NCBI GenBank assembly: GCA_964016885.1 | Contig: OZ024741.1 | Coordinates: forward strand, 336,536,001-336,600,000 | Direction of reading: 5' to 3' | Source of the DNA: Eledone cirrhosa | Taxonomy: Eukaryota | Length of the DNA stretch: 64,000 nucleotides | Shown: positions 12,019 to 23,241 of the stretch, piece by piece | Position numbering within the stretch: position 1 is the first letter of the stretch | Layout of the letters: each line of letters starts with the position of its first letter | Position numbers and translations under genes: made by a program | The notes under the pieces: model-generated | The model's input: the letters and a program-made list of their open reading frames with translations, nothing else | What the model was told of the DNA's origin: nothing | The model's database searches: none

Positions 12019-12053
12019 GTGGTCTTTCCCATCTTTTCCACTCTATTTTAAAC

Positions 12054-15000
12054 ATGACCTCACTCAGAATAGGCAGCATAAATGCGCGTGGCTTGGGGTC
12101 GTCATGGAAGCAGGGTCACCTGCTCAACGACCTCAGGTCACTAAACATAGATGTAGTGGCCATCAGCGAGACCAGAATCTCCGAAGCACGGGCCTTCGCA
12201 CCGATCTTCGGCGGCTACGATGTGTACGCATCTCCCAGCCGTCCTGGATCGGGTGGAGGAGTTGCTGTGCTTTTTCGGAGAGGTTTGGATCTCGCCATAC
12301 GGGCCATCTTCCTGGACCCAGAGGGTAAGCTGGTGGTGCTGGACGTGACCAGCGGAGACGGGCAAGCTTTCAGGCTAGTGGCCGTCTATGCCCCGACAGG
12401 AGCAGGGCGGCCTGATTTCTTCCGGCGTCTGGAGACCTTTCTTGGAACGTCCCGCTCTTTAGTGTTAGTGGGCGACTGGAACGGGATCTTAGATGCACGC
12501 TGGGACTGTGTGGGATTAGCGGATAGGGGTGGAGGGTGCAAGAGCCTCACCAACCTGCTCAGGCGTTTTGAACTGTCTGACAGGTACCGATTGGATTTCC
12601 CGAATGTGCCAATGTGGACTTGGACAAACCGCATAGGGTCATCCAGATCATATCTAGATAGAGTATTTTGTAGGGAAATAGATAGGTCTAGCATAGGCTG
12701 TCCACAATTCAAGATAGTCAGCTACACGGACCACAAATTCGTGACCTGTGTGCTTGACTTAGATAGGCTTCATAGACGAGGACCCGGCTACTGGAAGCTA
12801 AACGCGTCCTTACCAGCGCGCAAGGCCTACAGAGACCGGATTAGCGAACTAGTTAAGCGGGCGTTGACGGGGGCCATCGTCAACAACAAGTGGTGGTTTG
12901 CTCTGAAAAGAGCGATTAGAATAGAATCGATTAGGTTTAGTAAGGCTTTAGCAATAGAGAAAAATAGAGCAGAGGGAGAACTAGTTAGAAAATTAGACGA
13001 GGCGCTTAGCAAAGGCATTGCGACCGACGTGCTTGCGGCGAAATTGACCCTTCACCAATTCTTCAATGCAAAGCACGAAGGCTGCGTTGTCAGAGCTAGG
13101 GTGCGTGCTCTCAGACACGAGGGGACGAAAGCCGTTCAATGGGCCCGAGTGGCGGAGGCGCGTCGTGGCAACAAAGCCACGATCCGGTCTTTGGTGGACC
13201 ACGACGGGCGCATGCTACTCGATCCCGGGCAAATGTGTGAAGCTTTTCAGCGACACTTCGCTCAGCTGTTCGGGGGCAGCGGGGGGCTGGGTAGAGGGAT
13301 GGACTTTAGTGTCTACCTCGACGGACTGCCGCGGCTCTCGGCCACTGAGGCGAAGTGTTGCGAAAAGCCGATAACAGCCGCTGAAGTACGGGAGGCAATG
13401 ACTGGCTGCACAAGGGGTAAATCGCCTGGTTTGGATGGTCTGCCCTATGAACTTTACGTACAGATGCCAGACTTGTTCGGAGGCCTCTTGGCGGACGTCT
13501 ACTGCAACTGGCAACAGAACGGGAGAATTCCCAGTTCTGTGAGCCGAGGAGCGGTGGCACTGCTGAGAAAGGATCCGAACAAGGGGGATAACATAGACAA
13601 TTTCCGGCCCATAACTCTGCTAAACACAGAGTTTAAGATTTTGGCCAAGGTGCTAGCAAAGAGGTTGGCGCTTGTCGTTGGTGGTCTGGTGGGAGAGGCG
13701 CAGACATGCGCCATTCCCGACAGATCCATCCACGACAACCTCCACCTCATGCGATACATCGTAGAGAGGGTAGCTAGGGAACCTGGCACGGGTGGGTCCT
13801 TGATCAATTTAGATCAGTCGAAAGCTTTCGATAGGGTCGACCATCGTTACCTAGCGGCAGTCCTGAGGGCGGCTGGCTTTGGGCCCGTCTTCAGAGGCTG
13901 GATCGCTGCCATGCACAGCGACATCTGCTCTGTAGTGAGAGTGAACGGTCACCTGTCGGAACCGTTCAACATCATGCGCTCGGTCTGCCAAGGATATCCC
14001 CTCTCGTCCCTCTTGTACGTATTGACTCTCGAGCCATTACTGCACAAACTGGAGACGTTGAGGGGAGTCCCGCGCGAACTAGGATGCGGAAGATCCGTGT
14101 CAGCATATGCGGACGATGTCACCGTAGTGGTGTCGAACGCCAAACACATCGAGGCGGTCGGCACTACACTAAGAGAATACGAAGTGGTGACAGGAGCAAT
14201 GATCAACCAGGAAAAGTCAGTGGGCCTGCAGCTCGGCACCTGGAGAGGCAGGTCCATGCCGTCCAACAGCGTCGTCGGGCGCTGGACGGACGGACCGGTT
14301 AAATTGCTAGGGGTCTGGTTCGGTCCGGACCTCCAGACGGACAAAAACTGGGACGAGGTGACGAGCAGGGTGGCTTCTCTCACCCAGAAATGGGCGGAGA
14401 GGAAGCTATCCCTGAAAGGTCGAGCGGAGGTGGCTAACGCGTACATCGCGTCTGTCATCTGCTACCGCCTAACCGTCGTACCTTGTCCTAAGCCTCGCCT
14501 GACTGCGCTGGAGCGTTTGCTCTTTCGCTTTTTGTGGAAGGGACGTGCTCCGATGGTCAGGCGGTCCATCTGTTGTCAACACCCGCTACGTGGAGGGCTG
14601 GGCATGCCGTGGCTGATGATGCGCAGGCACGCGCTCAGGCTACGACATCTCCACCTCTTCCTCGACGGTGATCAGGTGTGGTCGCCGTTTGCTAGACGCA
14701 TTTTTCCACAGCTCGTTTCCTTGACGGAGCTGCAGTCCTGGGTCAAGCGAAGACCGAGAGGGAGCGCCTGGAGACTGGAATGTCTTCAGGCGCTCACAGC
14801 CCTCGACCAATCGGGCAATGTGATCGGTGGAAACTCCACCTCGGCGTTCTATAGAGGATTAGTGGAGGGGAAGAGCGACGACGTACTTGGGGAAACTCTA
14901 GGCGTCGACGAAAATCAACTAGCCAATCTCTTCGGAAGAACTTTCGGGCCGGGGCCTATGGACAACTTCCAGAAATCTCTGGCCTGGCAGTGCTACCGAG

Positions 15001-15473
15001 GAGCCTTGCCAGTTCGGGATAAACTCTACAGGCATGGAGGTGCCGTCAGCCGGGCATGTCCGAGATGCGCGCAGGGCGACGAAACCGTCCTGCACGCACT
15101 CGTCCAGTGTCCGAAAATTGCTGACTTGTGGGTTTATGTCGAACACCTGCTGTCGCGTTTAGGACGGATCCAGCTATCATCTGAGTCTATCGTGAGGATT
15201 GCCCCGCCCTCCTCCTTTAGCCGGGAAGGGCAGGCAGTTTTTATCTGTCTGGTGGCCATGGCGAAAGAGATAGTATGGTGGACACGTTTGAAAGGGCTGA
15301 AGACGAGCACTTACCTCTTCGGTGATGCTCTGATTGACTTTTTCAAATTTCATTTGAAAAGGAAAATCAGAGTAGAGAAGGAAGTGCTCTCTTCCCAGCA
15401 TTTTGTTGAAAGATGGGTGAGAGAAGCAAGAATGGCCCGAGTGAATGGGCCGACTCTGAGTATATATCTGTAA
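12054..15473 (+). CDS. Tx1/L1-like ORF2: APE endonuclease, RT and C-terminal CCHC (1139 aa)
   Basis: SINARGL, SETR, VYAP, GDWN, SYLDR, TDH; GPGYWKLN; KSPGLDGLP, FRPITLLN, DQSKAFDRVDH, AYADD; CPRC...ETVLHALVQC. Confidence 0.96.
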   Translation: MTSLRIGSINARGLGSSWKQGHLLNDLRSLNIDVVAISETRISEARAFAPIFGGYDVYASPSRPGSGGGVAVLFRRGLDLAIRAIFLDPEGKLVVLDVTSGDGQAFRLVAVYAPTGAGRPDFFRRLETFLGTSRSLVLVGDWNGILDARWDCVGLADRGGGCKSLTNLLRRFELSDRYRLDFPNVPMWTWTNRIGSSRSYLDRVFCREIDRSSIGCPQFKIVSYTDHKFVTCVLDLDRLHRRGPGYWKLNASLPARKAYRDRISELVKRALTGAIVNNKWWFALKRAIRIESIRFSKALAIEKNRAEGELVRKLDEALSKGIATDVLAAKLTLHQFFNAKHEGCVVRARVRALRHEGTKAVQWARVAEARRGNKATIRSLVDHDGRMLLDPGQMCEAFQRHFAQLFGGSGGLGRGMDFSVYLDGLPRLSATEAKCCEKPITAAEVREAMTGCTRGKSPGLDGLPYELYVQMPDLFGGLLADVYCNWQQNGRIPSSVSRGAVALLRKDPNKGDNIDNFRPITLLNTEFKILAKVLAKRLALVVGGLVGEAQTCAIPDRSIHDNLHLMRYIVERVAREPGTGGSLINLDQSKAFDRVDHRYLAAVLRAAGFGPVFRGWIAAMHSDICSVVRVNGHLSEPFNIMRSVCQGYPLSSLLYVLTLEPLLHKLETLRGVPRELGCGRSVSAYADDVTVVVSNAKHIEAVGTTLREYEVVTGAMINQEKSVGLQLGTWRGRSMPSNSVVGRWTDGPVKLLGVWFGPDLQTDKNWDEVTSRVASLTQKWAERKLSLKGRAEVANAYIASVICYRLTVVPCPKPRLTALERLLFRFLWKGRAPMVRRSICCQHPLRGGLGMPWLMMRRHALRLRHLHLFLDGDQVWSPFARRIFPQLVSLTELQSWVKRRPRGSAWRLECLQALTALDQSGNVIGGNSTSAFYRGLVEGKSDDVLGETLGVDENQLANLFGRTFGPGPMDNFQKSLAWQCYRGALPVRDKLYRHGGAVSRACPRCAQGDETVLHALVQCPKIADLWVYVEHLLSRLGRIQLSSESIVRIAPPSSFSREGQAVFICLVAMAKEIVWWTRLKGLKTSTYLFGDALIDFFKFHLKRKIRVEKEVLSSQHFVERWVREARMARVNGPTLSIYL

Positions 15474-15733
15474 ACTAAAGGTGGAAAACTGGGAGAGGGC
15501 ACTTGCCTTGGTGGTCAGGGTCATTGTGGCTTTTTACTGGGCTTTCTCCACAAATGTCCCTCCGAAGTCTCCCCCCTATTGGGGAATTTTTCATTGTTAT
15601 TTTCATTGTTATTTTTGTTACATCCTCTGTTTTTGTTTTTTTACACGCAGAAATGCCCATTTGTACCGTCCTGCATTGTCCTGCACTGTCCTTAATGTCT
15701 ACTTTATGTAAACCCTTGTGGTTAATAAAGAAA

Positions 15734-15734
<1 letters not shown>

Positions 15735-15785
<51 letters not shown>

Positions 15786-15817
15786 CATCATTAGTGTTAT
15801 TATTATTATTATTGTTA

Positions 15818-15859
<42 letters not shown>
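15735..15859. repeat. (TTA)n microsatellite at the Tx1 3' flank
   Basis: Direct reading. Confidence 0.95.
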
Positions 15860-16437
15860 GTTTTGTTTTGTTTTTGCAATAAATAGCTATAACTAAAATT
15901 ATAATCAAATTGTTAGTAGAGATTATAAAAATGTACTCATGTTAAGTCAATAGATTTTCTTCCATTTGGAATGAAGAAATTCTTTTCCTCTTCACTCAAA
16001 ATAAGTTTCTCCCCTTCTCTATGACAATTATTTCTGAAAATGTGCTTCAAAAAATAACTGCAAAAACCGTAAGCTAGAATTAATTTTTATTTAATGGAGC
16101 AGTTTTCCCTCATATGCATTATTAAAGATTTATTCATTGAAGTTGATCTTGCAGATGTTTCGTGGCTTTATAATTAGTGGAGATTTTCTTATGTGTTATA
16201 GATAAAGGAAATTTGATAAGTTTGTATAAATGGATAAATACAGATGAGGTTCAAACAATCTTCCTGTATGTCGACAGGAATATATAGATATATGTAAAGG
16301 TGTGTGTATGTGAGATATATATATATATTTATATATATATATATATGTGAGTGTGTGTATATATATATTCATATATATATATATATATATGTGAGTGTGT
16401 GTATATATATATATTCATATATATATATATATATATA

Positions 16438-16471
<34 letters not shown>

Positions 16472-16552
16472 TATATATATATATACATATATGTATATAT
16501 ATTCAAAAATATATATATATATACATACATATGTATATATATACTTATATTT

Positions 16553-16885
16553 AAGTAACAGCCGTACTAAGAGTGGGAAATGAAATTTCGTTTCATTTTT
16601 TCAGTTTATCGTTTTCGGTGCACCCGGCCGATTAACCCACTCGATATGCAAATTGGGCTACTCAGCCGTTAATATGCATAAGGAAAGTATATACTTTCGG
16701 ACGTTCAACTATCTGGCAGGAAGGTATACGTTGCTGACGATAGCTAACAAGCTTGAAACTAGTACAGCGTTCCTTTGTCGGTGTTGAACAAACGAGCAAC
16801 GGTGGTTGCTAGACACTACGGCTTAATACGGGATATTTGTTTACAAACACACCGAACATTATAATAAATGTTTGGTGAATCCATA
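16553..16885 (+). mobile_element. PLE-like terminal-repeat fragment carrying a hammerhead ribozyme
   Basis: Unique ~330-bp island in (TA)n with a minimal hammerhead and downstream AATAAA. Confidence 0.55.
16728..16770 (+). ncRNA. Minimal type I hammerhead ribozyme
   Basis: ACGTTG-CTGACGA-TAGCTAACAAGCTT-GAAAC-TA-GTA-CAGCGT: 6-bp stem I, canonical core, palindromic ACTAGT stem III, GUA cleavage triplet at 16762-16764. Confidence 0.82.
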
Positions 16886-16909
16886 CGTACATATATATAT
16901 GTGTGCATG

Positions 16910-16949
<40 letters not shown>

Positions 16950-17060
16950 CTACTGTACGTCTGTATACATATATGTATGTACGTATACATACTTATATAT
17001 ATATATATATATATTTAAAACAAATATATATATACATATACATATATATATGCATATATA

Positions 17061-17094
<34 letters not shown>

Positions 17095-17096
<2 letters not shown>

Positions 17097-17233
17097 AACG
17101 AGTAGGACCCCGACGGCTGAGCTCAAGCCGTTTCGACGGCTAATTCTGGACCTATTACCCACTCTATACCCTAAGTATTGAGTACTTTGGTGCGTTATAG
17201 TCCACCTGGTTCCTTACCACATTTCCTTCGTTA
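17095..17233 (+). mobile_element. Short non-autonomous PLE end (inverted hammerhead half + 3' terminus)
   Basis: Same sequences as the ends of 17248-18798; same structure recurs at 46638-46790. Confidence 0.75.
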
Positions 17234-17247
17234 TATATATATATATT

Positions 17248-18794
17248 GGAACAAATATGACCCCGACGGCAGAGCTGAAGCCGTTTCGACGGCTAATTCA
17301 GGACTAAATAAGAATTTTTAGCCTGGTAAATAAATAGCCGAACTTCTCAGGGGGTAATTCCTTATATGGGAAGATAGTAATTGTCAAAAGGATTGGTCAA
17401 AAATTTGTTGTAAAGACAGATGATTCTGTCATGGCATCTGGGACCTCAAAGGTAATAATATAACCTACAATCTCACTTAGAGCTTACTGTCCAGAGCTAA
17501 CTCTTACATGGGAGGACGCCGTCCGTGTAACTTATGCTCAGAGGAAACATTACAAATGCTGTTTTCAAAGGACCAACTCCTAAACAAGAAAGACGAACTG
17601 GTAACTGCATGCAAACACAGATTGCGTAGGACTTACCTCGCCTTCAAACCCCATAATGACCCGGGGGATGGTAGACAAGGGCCGAAACACCCCACTTGCC
17701 AATTTTGTAAGGGTTACCCCTGCTTACAAAGGTAGACGTAAATCTTTTATCTTTTCCTTCTTCCCCCTATCTCTTCCTAGTCCTTCCACCCCAGATATCC
17801 TTCCTTGTCTTTTTTTCACCTTTTCGCCTACCCCGATGCAGCCCATCGGTCCTCTGTAACCTCTGTACCCACACCCCCCTAATTTTAAGATAGAATTGGC
17901 TGATTACGCTTTTTACAGCAGATGTGTTAGACCCCAGTAAATTGTTTTCTTTCTGGTTGCTGCTCCATTTCTGTCATTTCTAAATTTCTTAATGGTATTT
18001 TTGTATTAGTATCCTTGTATTAGTATTTCTGTATTAGTATTCTCAATTAATATTTCGTATTAATATTTTTGTAGTAGTAATTTTGGTTTTAGCCTGTCAT
18101 TTGTAAGATAGAATTTGTAAGATTGGCTGATTACTAACTATCTATAGAAGTGGTGTTAGACCCCCTGTAAAGCCGGCTTTTATAAAATTATTTCACTACA
18201 ATCTCGTATTTAGTATTTTTCTCCACCTATTAAACTTTTCTATAGCTTAGCAATTCTAATGAGAGATTTGGTGATTGTGGAAGGGGAGTAGTAACCAGAA
18301 ATTGTTTTTTATATATTTATTTCCTTATTTTTATAATGGTTTCGTTGTTTACTCCCTTTCGATTTACCTATTCTTTCAACTCCCCTCCCCCCTTCTCCAG
18401 TACACTTTTCTCGACCTTCTATACACTATCATTAGAATCTGCTGTATAGATTTCACTTTCAACGCTTGACTAGGTTTCCCCCACCCCCTCTTTGTTCTAC
18501 CGGCAAGTTCAGCTACCCCTACCAAATGCCATGACAGAATCATCTGTCTTTACAACAAATTTTTGACCAATCCTTTTGACAATTACTATCTTCCCATATA
18601 AGGAATTACCCCCTGAGAAGTTCGGCTATTTATTTACCAGGCTAAAAATTCTTATTTAGTCCAGAATTAGCCGTCGAAATGGCTTGAGCTCTGCCGTCGG
18701 GGTCATACTTGTTCCTATTACCCACTCCACTACCCTAAGTATTGAGTACTTTGGTGCGTTATGGTCCATCTGGTTCCTTACCACATTTCCTTCG

Positions 18795-18798
<4 letters not shown>
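17248..18798 (+). mobile_element. 5'-truncated Penelope-like element with inverted 5' pseudo-LTR
   Basis: 17248-17437 is the reverse complement of 18526-18715; 17436-17660 translates IWDLKGNNITYNLT*SLLSRANSYMGGRRPCNLCSEE...LLNKKDELVTACKHR, resembling a PLE GIY-YIG C-terminus; both flanks (TA)n. Confidence 0.85.
18608..18703 (+). ncRNA. Type I hammerhead motif with G8A core variant
   Basis: ACCCC-CTGAGAA-G..CGGCTA...TAGCCGTC-GAAA-TGGC-ttgagctct-GCC-GTC-GGGGT; mirror copy on - strand at about 17260-17355. Confidence 0.65.
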
Positions 18799-18868
<70 letters not shown>

Positions 18869-18871
18869 TCA

Positions 18872-19895
18872 TATCATCATCATCATCATCATCATCAACG
18901 TTTAACGTCCGTGTTCCACGCTTGCATGGGTTTGGACGGGGGTAGTCCCACAGAGGCAAGAGTGATTGTCTTGCTCGCATAGGACTGTCTGGCAGGTTTT
19001 CTACAGTTGGATGCCCTTCCTAACACCAACCACATTTACAGTGTGGGTCTGGGAGGTTTTTACCGTGTTGCCTACACGGCCACATTACAGCGTGGACTGT
19101 GTGTTTTTTTGTCGTGACACCTACACGATCTCATTTGTTTCGGCCTGGATGGCGCGGCACCAACATAACTTTACATAGAACGGGGTGGTGTGGATGGGGT
19201 GGGGGTGGTGGTGGGACGGGGTGTAGTTTGTTAGAGATGCCTACTGGCAAGGCGGGTCTTCTCTGTTACTGAGTACCGCCAAAGGTCACGGTCCAGTGAC
19301 ATTGTCTTGGAGAGGTGTAAGTGTGTGAGGTCGGAGTTTATCAGCTCATCCCATGTTTTTCTAGGTCTGCCTATTCCGTGGCTACCGTCTATCTTTATTG
19401 CCTTGCACTTTGTAATACAGCTATCGACTTTCATGCGCATCACGTGTCCATACCAACGCAGCCTTCTCTCGAGTAAACAACATCTGATCCCTCTTATCTC
19501 TAATTTTTTCCTTAGTTCGTTTATGCTTTGCCGTTCACGTATATTACTGTTACACATCCAGCGGAGCATGCAAGCTTCGTTCCTCTCTAGTCTGCGTATA
19601 TCCTCTGCACACAATGCCCAGGTCTCACTACCATGCAACATTGCTGTTCGTATGCAGGCATCGTACAACCTGCCTTTCATTTTTAGGGAGAACCCTTTAG
19701 CAGCTAATAGTGGTATAAGCTCTCTGAACTTTTTCCAACCAGTTCTGACTCTAGCTACAGTACTTTCAGAGCACCCTCCCCCACTGCTGATTTTATCGCC
19801 CAGGTAACGGAAGCTGTCTACTATTTCTATAGAACCCTCTGCGCAATTGAAAGAGCTAGTATTTTGTGGGCACTTGCTGCTACTTATTGCACCAG
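18872..19895 (-). mobile_element. 5'-truncated RTE family B copy
   Basis: ORF 19231-19680 [21 protein letters not shown]...GRPRKTWD plus the shared 3' UTR. Confidence 0.92.
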
Positions 19896-19947
19896 ATATA
19901 TATATGTATATATATTCATATATATATATATATAATATATATATTCA

Positions 19948-20990
19948 TATCATCATCATCATCTCCGTGTTACGTCCATTCTTCCATGCTAGCATGGGTT
20001 AATTGGGTTGTCCTGTTGAGAGCAGTGTCCAGTCGGTTGACCTTGTCTTGCTCATATGGGAACTGATTCTGGCTTGATTTCTACAGCTGGATGCCCTTCC
20101 TAACACAAACCTCATTTACAGTGAGTGCTTTTTTCTGTGGCACCTATACGTCCACTTTACAGTGTGGGCTGGGTGATTTTTTGCCATGGCCTCTCCATGA
20201 CCACTTTGCAGTGGGAGGGTATGGGCCCATATTGTCTATATGCTTCAGCTTTGGCTTGTACCCGTGGGAAGTCGGGTCTTCTTCATTACTGCATGATGCT
20301 AGAGGTCACGGTAATGTGTCATCGCCCTTGAGAGGTGCAATTCGGTAAGGTCGACTTTTATCACCTCATCCCAGTTCTTCTTGTGTCCCCCAATCCACGG
20401 TTTCCATTGACTTCTAGTGCTCTGCACCTTTTTATGCAGCTGACATCCTTCATATGCATCACATGTCCATACCAACTCAACCTCCTCTCCTGCACACACC
20501 ATTTGATTCGTTTTATGCTCAGTCTCTCTCTCAGTTCCTTTATGCTTTGCCGTTCACGTATATTACTATTACATATCCATCAGAGTATGCAAGCTTGATT
20601 TCTTTCTAATCTACGTGAGTCTTCTATAGACAGCGCCCAGGTTTCACTACCATGTAACTTTGATGTTCATATACACGCAGCATACAGTCTGCCTTTCATT
20701 TTGAGGGAAAAGCCTTTTGCAGCTAGCACTGGCAATAGCTCCCTAAACTTCTTCCATCCCGTTCTTACCCTAGTTATTGTACCTTCCAAACACCCGCCTC
20801 TGCTGCTAATTCGGTCACCTAGGTAGCAGAAGCTGTCTACTGTTTCTACACAGACCTCCCAGAGTCTGGTGGTGCTTGACTCCTGTGGCCGTTTGCTGCT
20901 TGCTGTCCTCAGCACAGCTGCTACATATGAAGCCTACATTCTTAGTTAAACTTCCTGAGATCCCACTAAATCTCTTGTGTACCCGTGTAA
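19948..20990 (-). mobile_element. Degenerate RTE copy (related subfamily)
   Basis: [37 protein letters not shown] remnant, PHD tail VHKRFSG..CSSC, 3' UTR with GGTGTTAGGAAGGGCATCC-type motif. Confidence 0.85.
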
Positions 20991-21015
20991 ATATAATATA
21001 TATATATATATACAT

Positions 21016-21406
21016 ATATGATGCCTGTGTGGGGAGCGCGATGCTGCATGGTAGTGAGACATGGGAAGCAACTGCAGAGTATATGTGACGGCTGGAGAGA
21101 AATGAGGCAAACATGCTCCATGGAAGAAACTGTGATTGAGAAGGATAGATTGTAGTATGCTAAAGAGGAGATTGCGATGGTATGGACATGTGATGCACAT
21201 CGAGGATCAACGATGAGTGAAGAAGTGCCAGGAAATGCCAGTTGAAGGAAGACGTGGTAGAGGAAGACCACCAAAAATATGGGCGGACCCCAGATCGCTG
21301 AAGCTCACGGTGGAGATGACGAGGGACCGTAACAAGTGGAGAGATGCTGTGTTGAATAGGACCCGTCCCACCCTTGCAAGCAGGGAAAGCGGACATAAAA
21401 TGATGA
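21016..21406 (+). mobile_element. Truncated, degenerate RTE family A 3' fragment
   Basis: Near match to 5161-5620 with deletions. Confidence 0.92.
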
Positions 21407-21576
21407 TACATACATATATATATATGCATATATATATATATATATTCATGTATATATATGTGTATAAATATATATATATTCATATATATATATATATGTG
21501 TGTATATATATATATATATATTCATATATATATATATATGTGTGTATATATATATTCATATATATATATATGTGTA

Positions 21577-21950
21577 TATCATTTTACGACCACTTTTCCC
21601 TGCTTGCAAGGGAGGGACGGGAACTGATTCTGGCTTGATTTCTACAGCTGGATGCCCTTCCTAACACCAACCTCATTTACAGTGAGTGCTGGGTGCTTTT
21701 TTTCTGTGGCGCCTACACGTTCACTTTACAGTGTGGGCTGGGTACTTTTTTGCCGTGGCACCTCCACGACCACTTTGCAGTGGAATGATCGGGAACCCAG
21801 TCCTATCATCTCATTTCTACAGCTGAATAAACTGGAGCAATGTTAAATAAAGTGTCTTGCTCAAGAAAACAACACATAACCCGGTCCGAGAATTGAACTT
21901 ACAACCTTTCGATTGCAAGGTCAATGCTTGAACCACTAAGCCATATACCT
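21577..21950 (-). mobile_element. tRNA/CORE-like SINE with RTE tail
   Basis: Same family as 23242-23580. Confidence 0.87.
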
Positions 21951-21953
21951 CTA

Positions 21954-22004
<51 letters not shown>

Positions 22005-22012
22005 TCATATAA

Positions 22013-22241
22013 TATAAAACGAAAAATCAGTGATGCATCTGAACTCAATTTATTGTGTTACGATTGTTTCGCCGGCAGACAGCTCGAAACACGATCATTG
22101 TGTGGATCTGTCTGATTCTGGATCTGCAGGTTCGACGGACACGTCAAATTATTTCGGAGCAAATTCTCTCACTGTCCACCGGCGAAGCAATTGTAACACA
22201 ATAAATTGAGCTCAGATGCATCACTGATTTTTCGTTTTATA
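22013..22241. mobile_element. Foldback element with ~63-bp terminal inverted repeats (PLE-like end or MITE)
   Basis: TATAAAACGAAAAATCAGTGATGCATCTG...GTTTCGCCGG inverted at both ends; arms contain the hammerhead 3' half GAAAC-AATC-GTA. Confidence 0.8.
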
Positions 22242-22361
22242 ATATATCAGACTCTGCTCTGTAAGAACATAGAGTACTCAACCGGCATACCGCCTATGGA
22301 AGTATATCTATCATCAGACACATATATATATTCATATATATATATATATATATGTATTCAA

Positions 22362-22394
<33 letters not shown>

Positions 22395-22462
22395 CATATA
22401 TATATTCATATATATATATGTGTTTGTATATATATATATATATATGAATATATATATGTATT

Positions 22463-22528
<66 letters not shown>

Positions 22529-22642
22529 AATACATATATATATTCATATATATATATATATACAAACACATATATATATGAATATATATATATGTGTTTG
22601 TATATATATATGAATATATATATGTATTTATATATATACATA

Positions 22643-22700
<58 letters not shown>

Positions 22701-22885
22701 CATGCATGTATGCATGCACCTATACATAAACATATAGTTAAACAAGCACATGTATTGCAAAGCAGCTTGTACAGCATCATATATTTTCATATTTGATCAT
22801 GCTTTCTTACAAACACCTCAACATATAAGCTCATGAAAGAATTTATATTCCGTATTCCCATGATTTTTTCTAAAATTTCTGTATT

Positions 22886-22930
<45 letters not shown>

Positions 22931-23096
22931 GAATGTGTCTCTTCATACCTTCACACATGCATATACAGGAATGCATTTATGCTTGTCTCTCTCTGTTTAT
23001 ACATGTATGTATACATGTATGTATCAGTTCCCGTCCCACCCTTGCAAGCAGGGAAAAGCGGACGTAAAATGATGATGATGATGATGATGATGTATC

Positions 23097-23127
<31 letters not shown>

Positions 23128-23241
23128 ATATATACACAACTGTATATATATAAGTATGTTTATATATTTATATATAGATATATATATATAAGCATATGTA
23201 TATATATGTATGCATTTGTATATATATATATGTATATGTAT

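Larger units (their letters stand above)
9709..15734 (+). mobile_element. Full-length Tx1/L1-clade non-LTR retrotransposon inserted in a (TTA)n array
   Basis: 5' UTR, gag-like ORF1, APE-RT ORF2, 3' UTR ending AATAAAGAAAT; (TTA)n directly on both sides. Confidence 0.93.
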
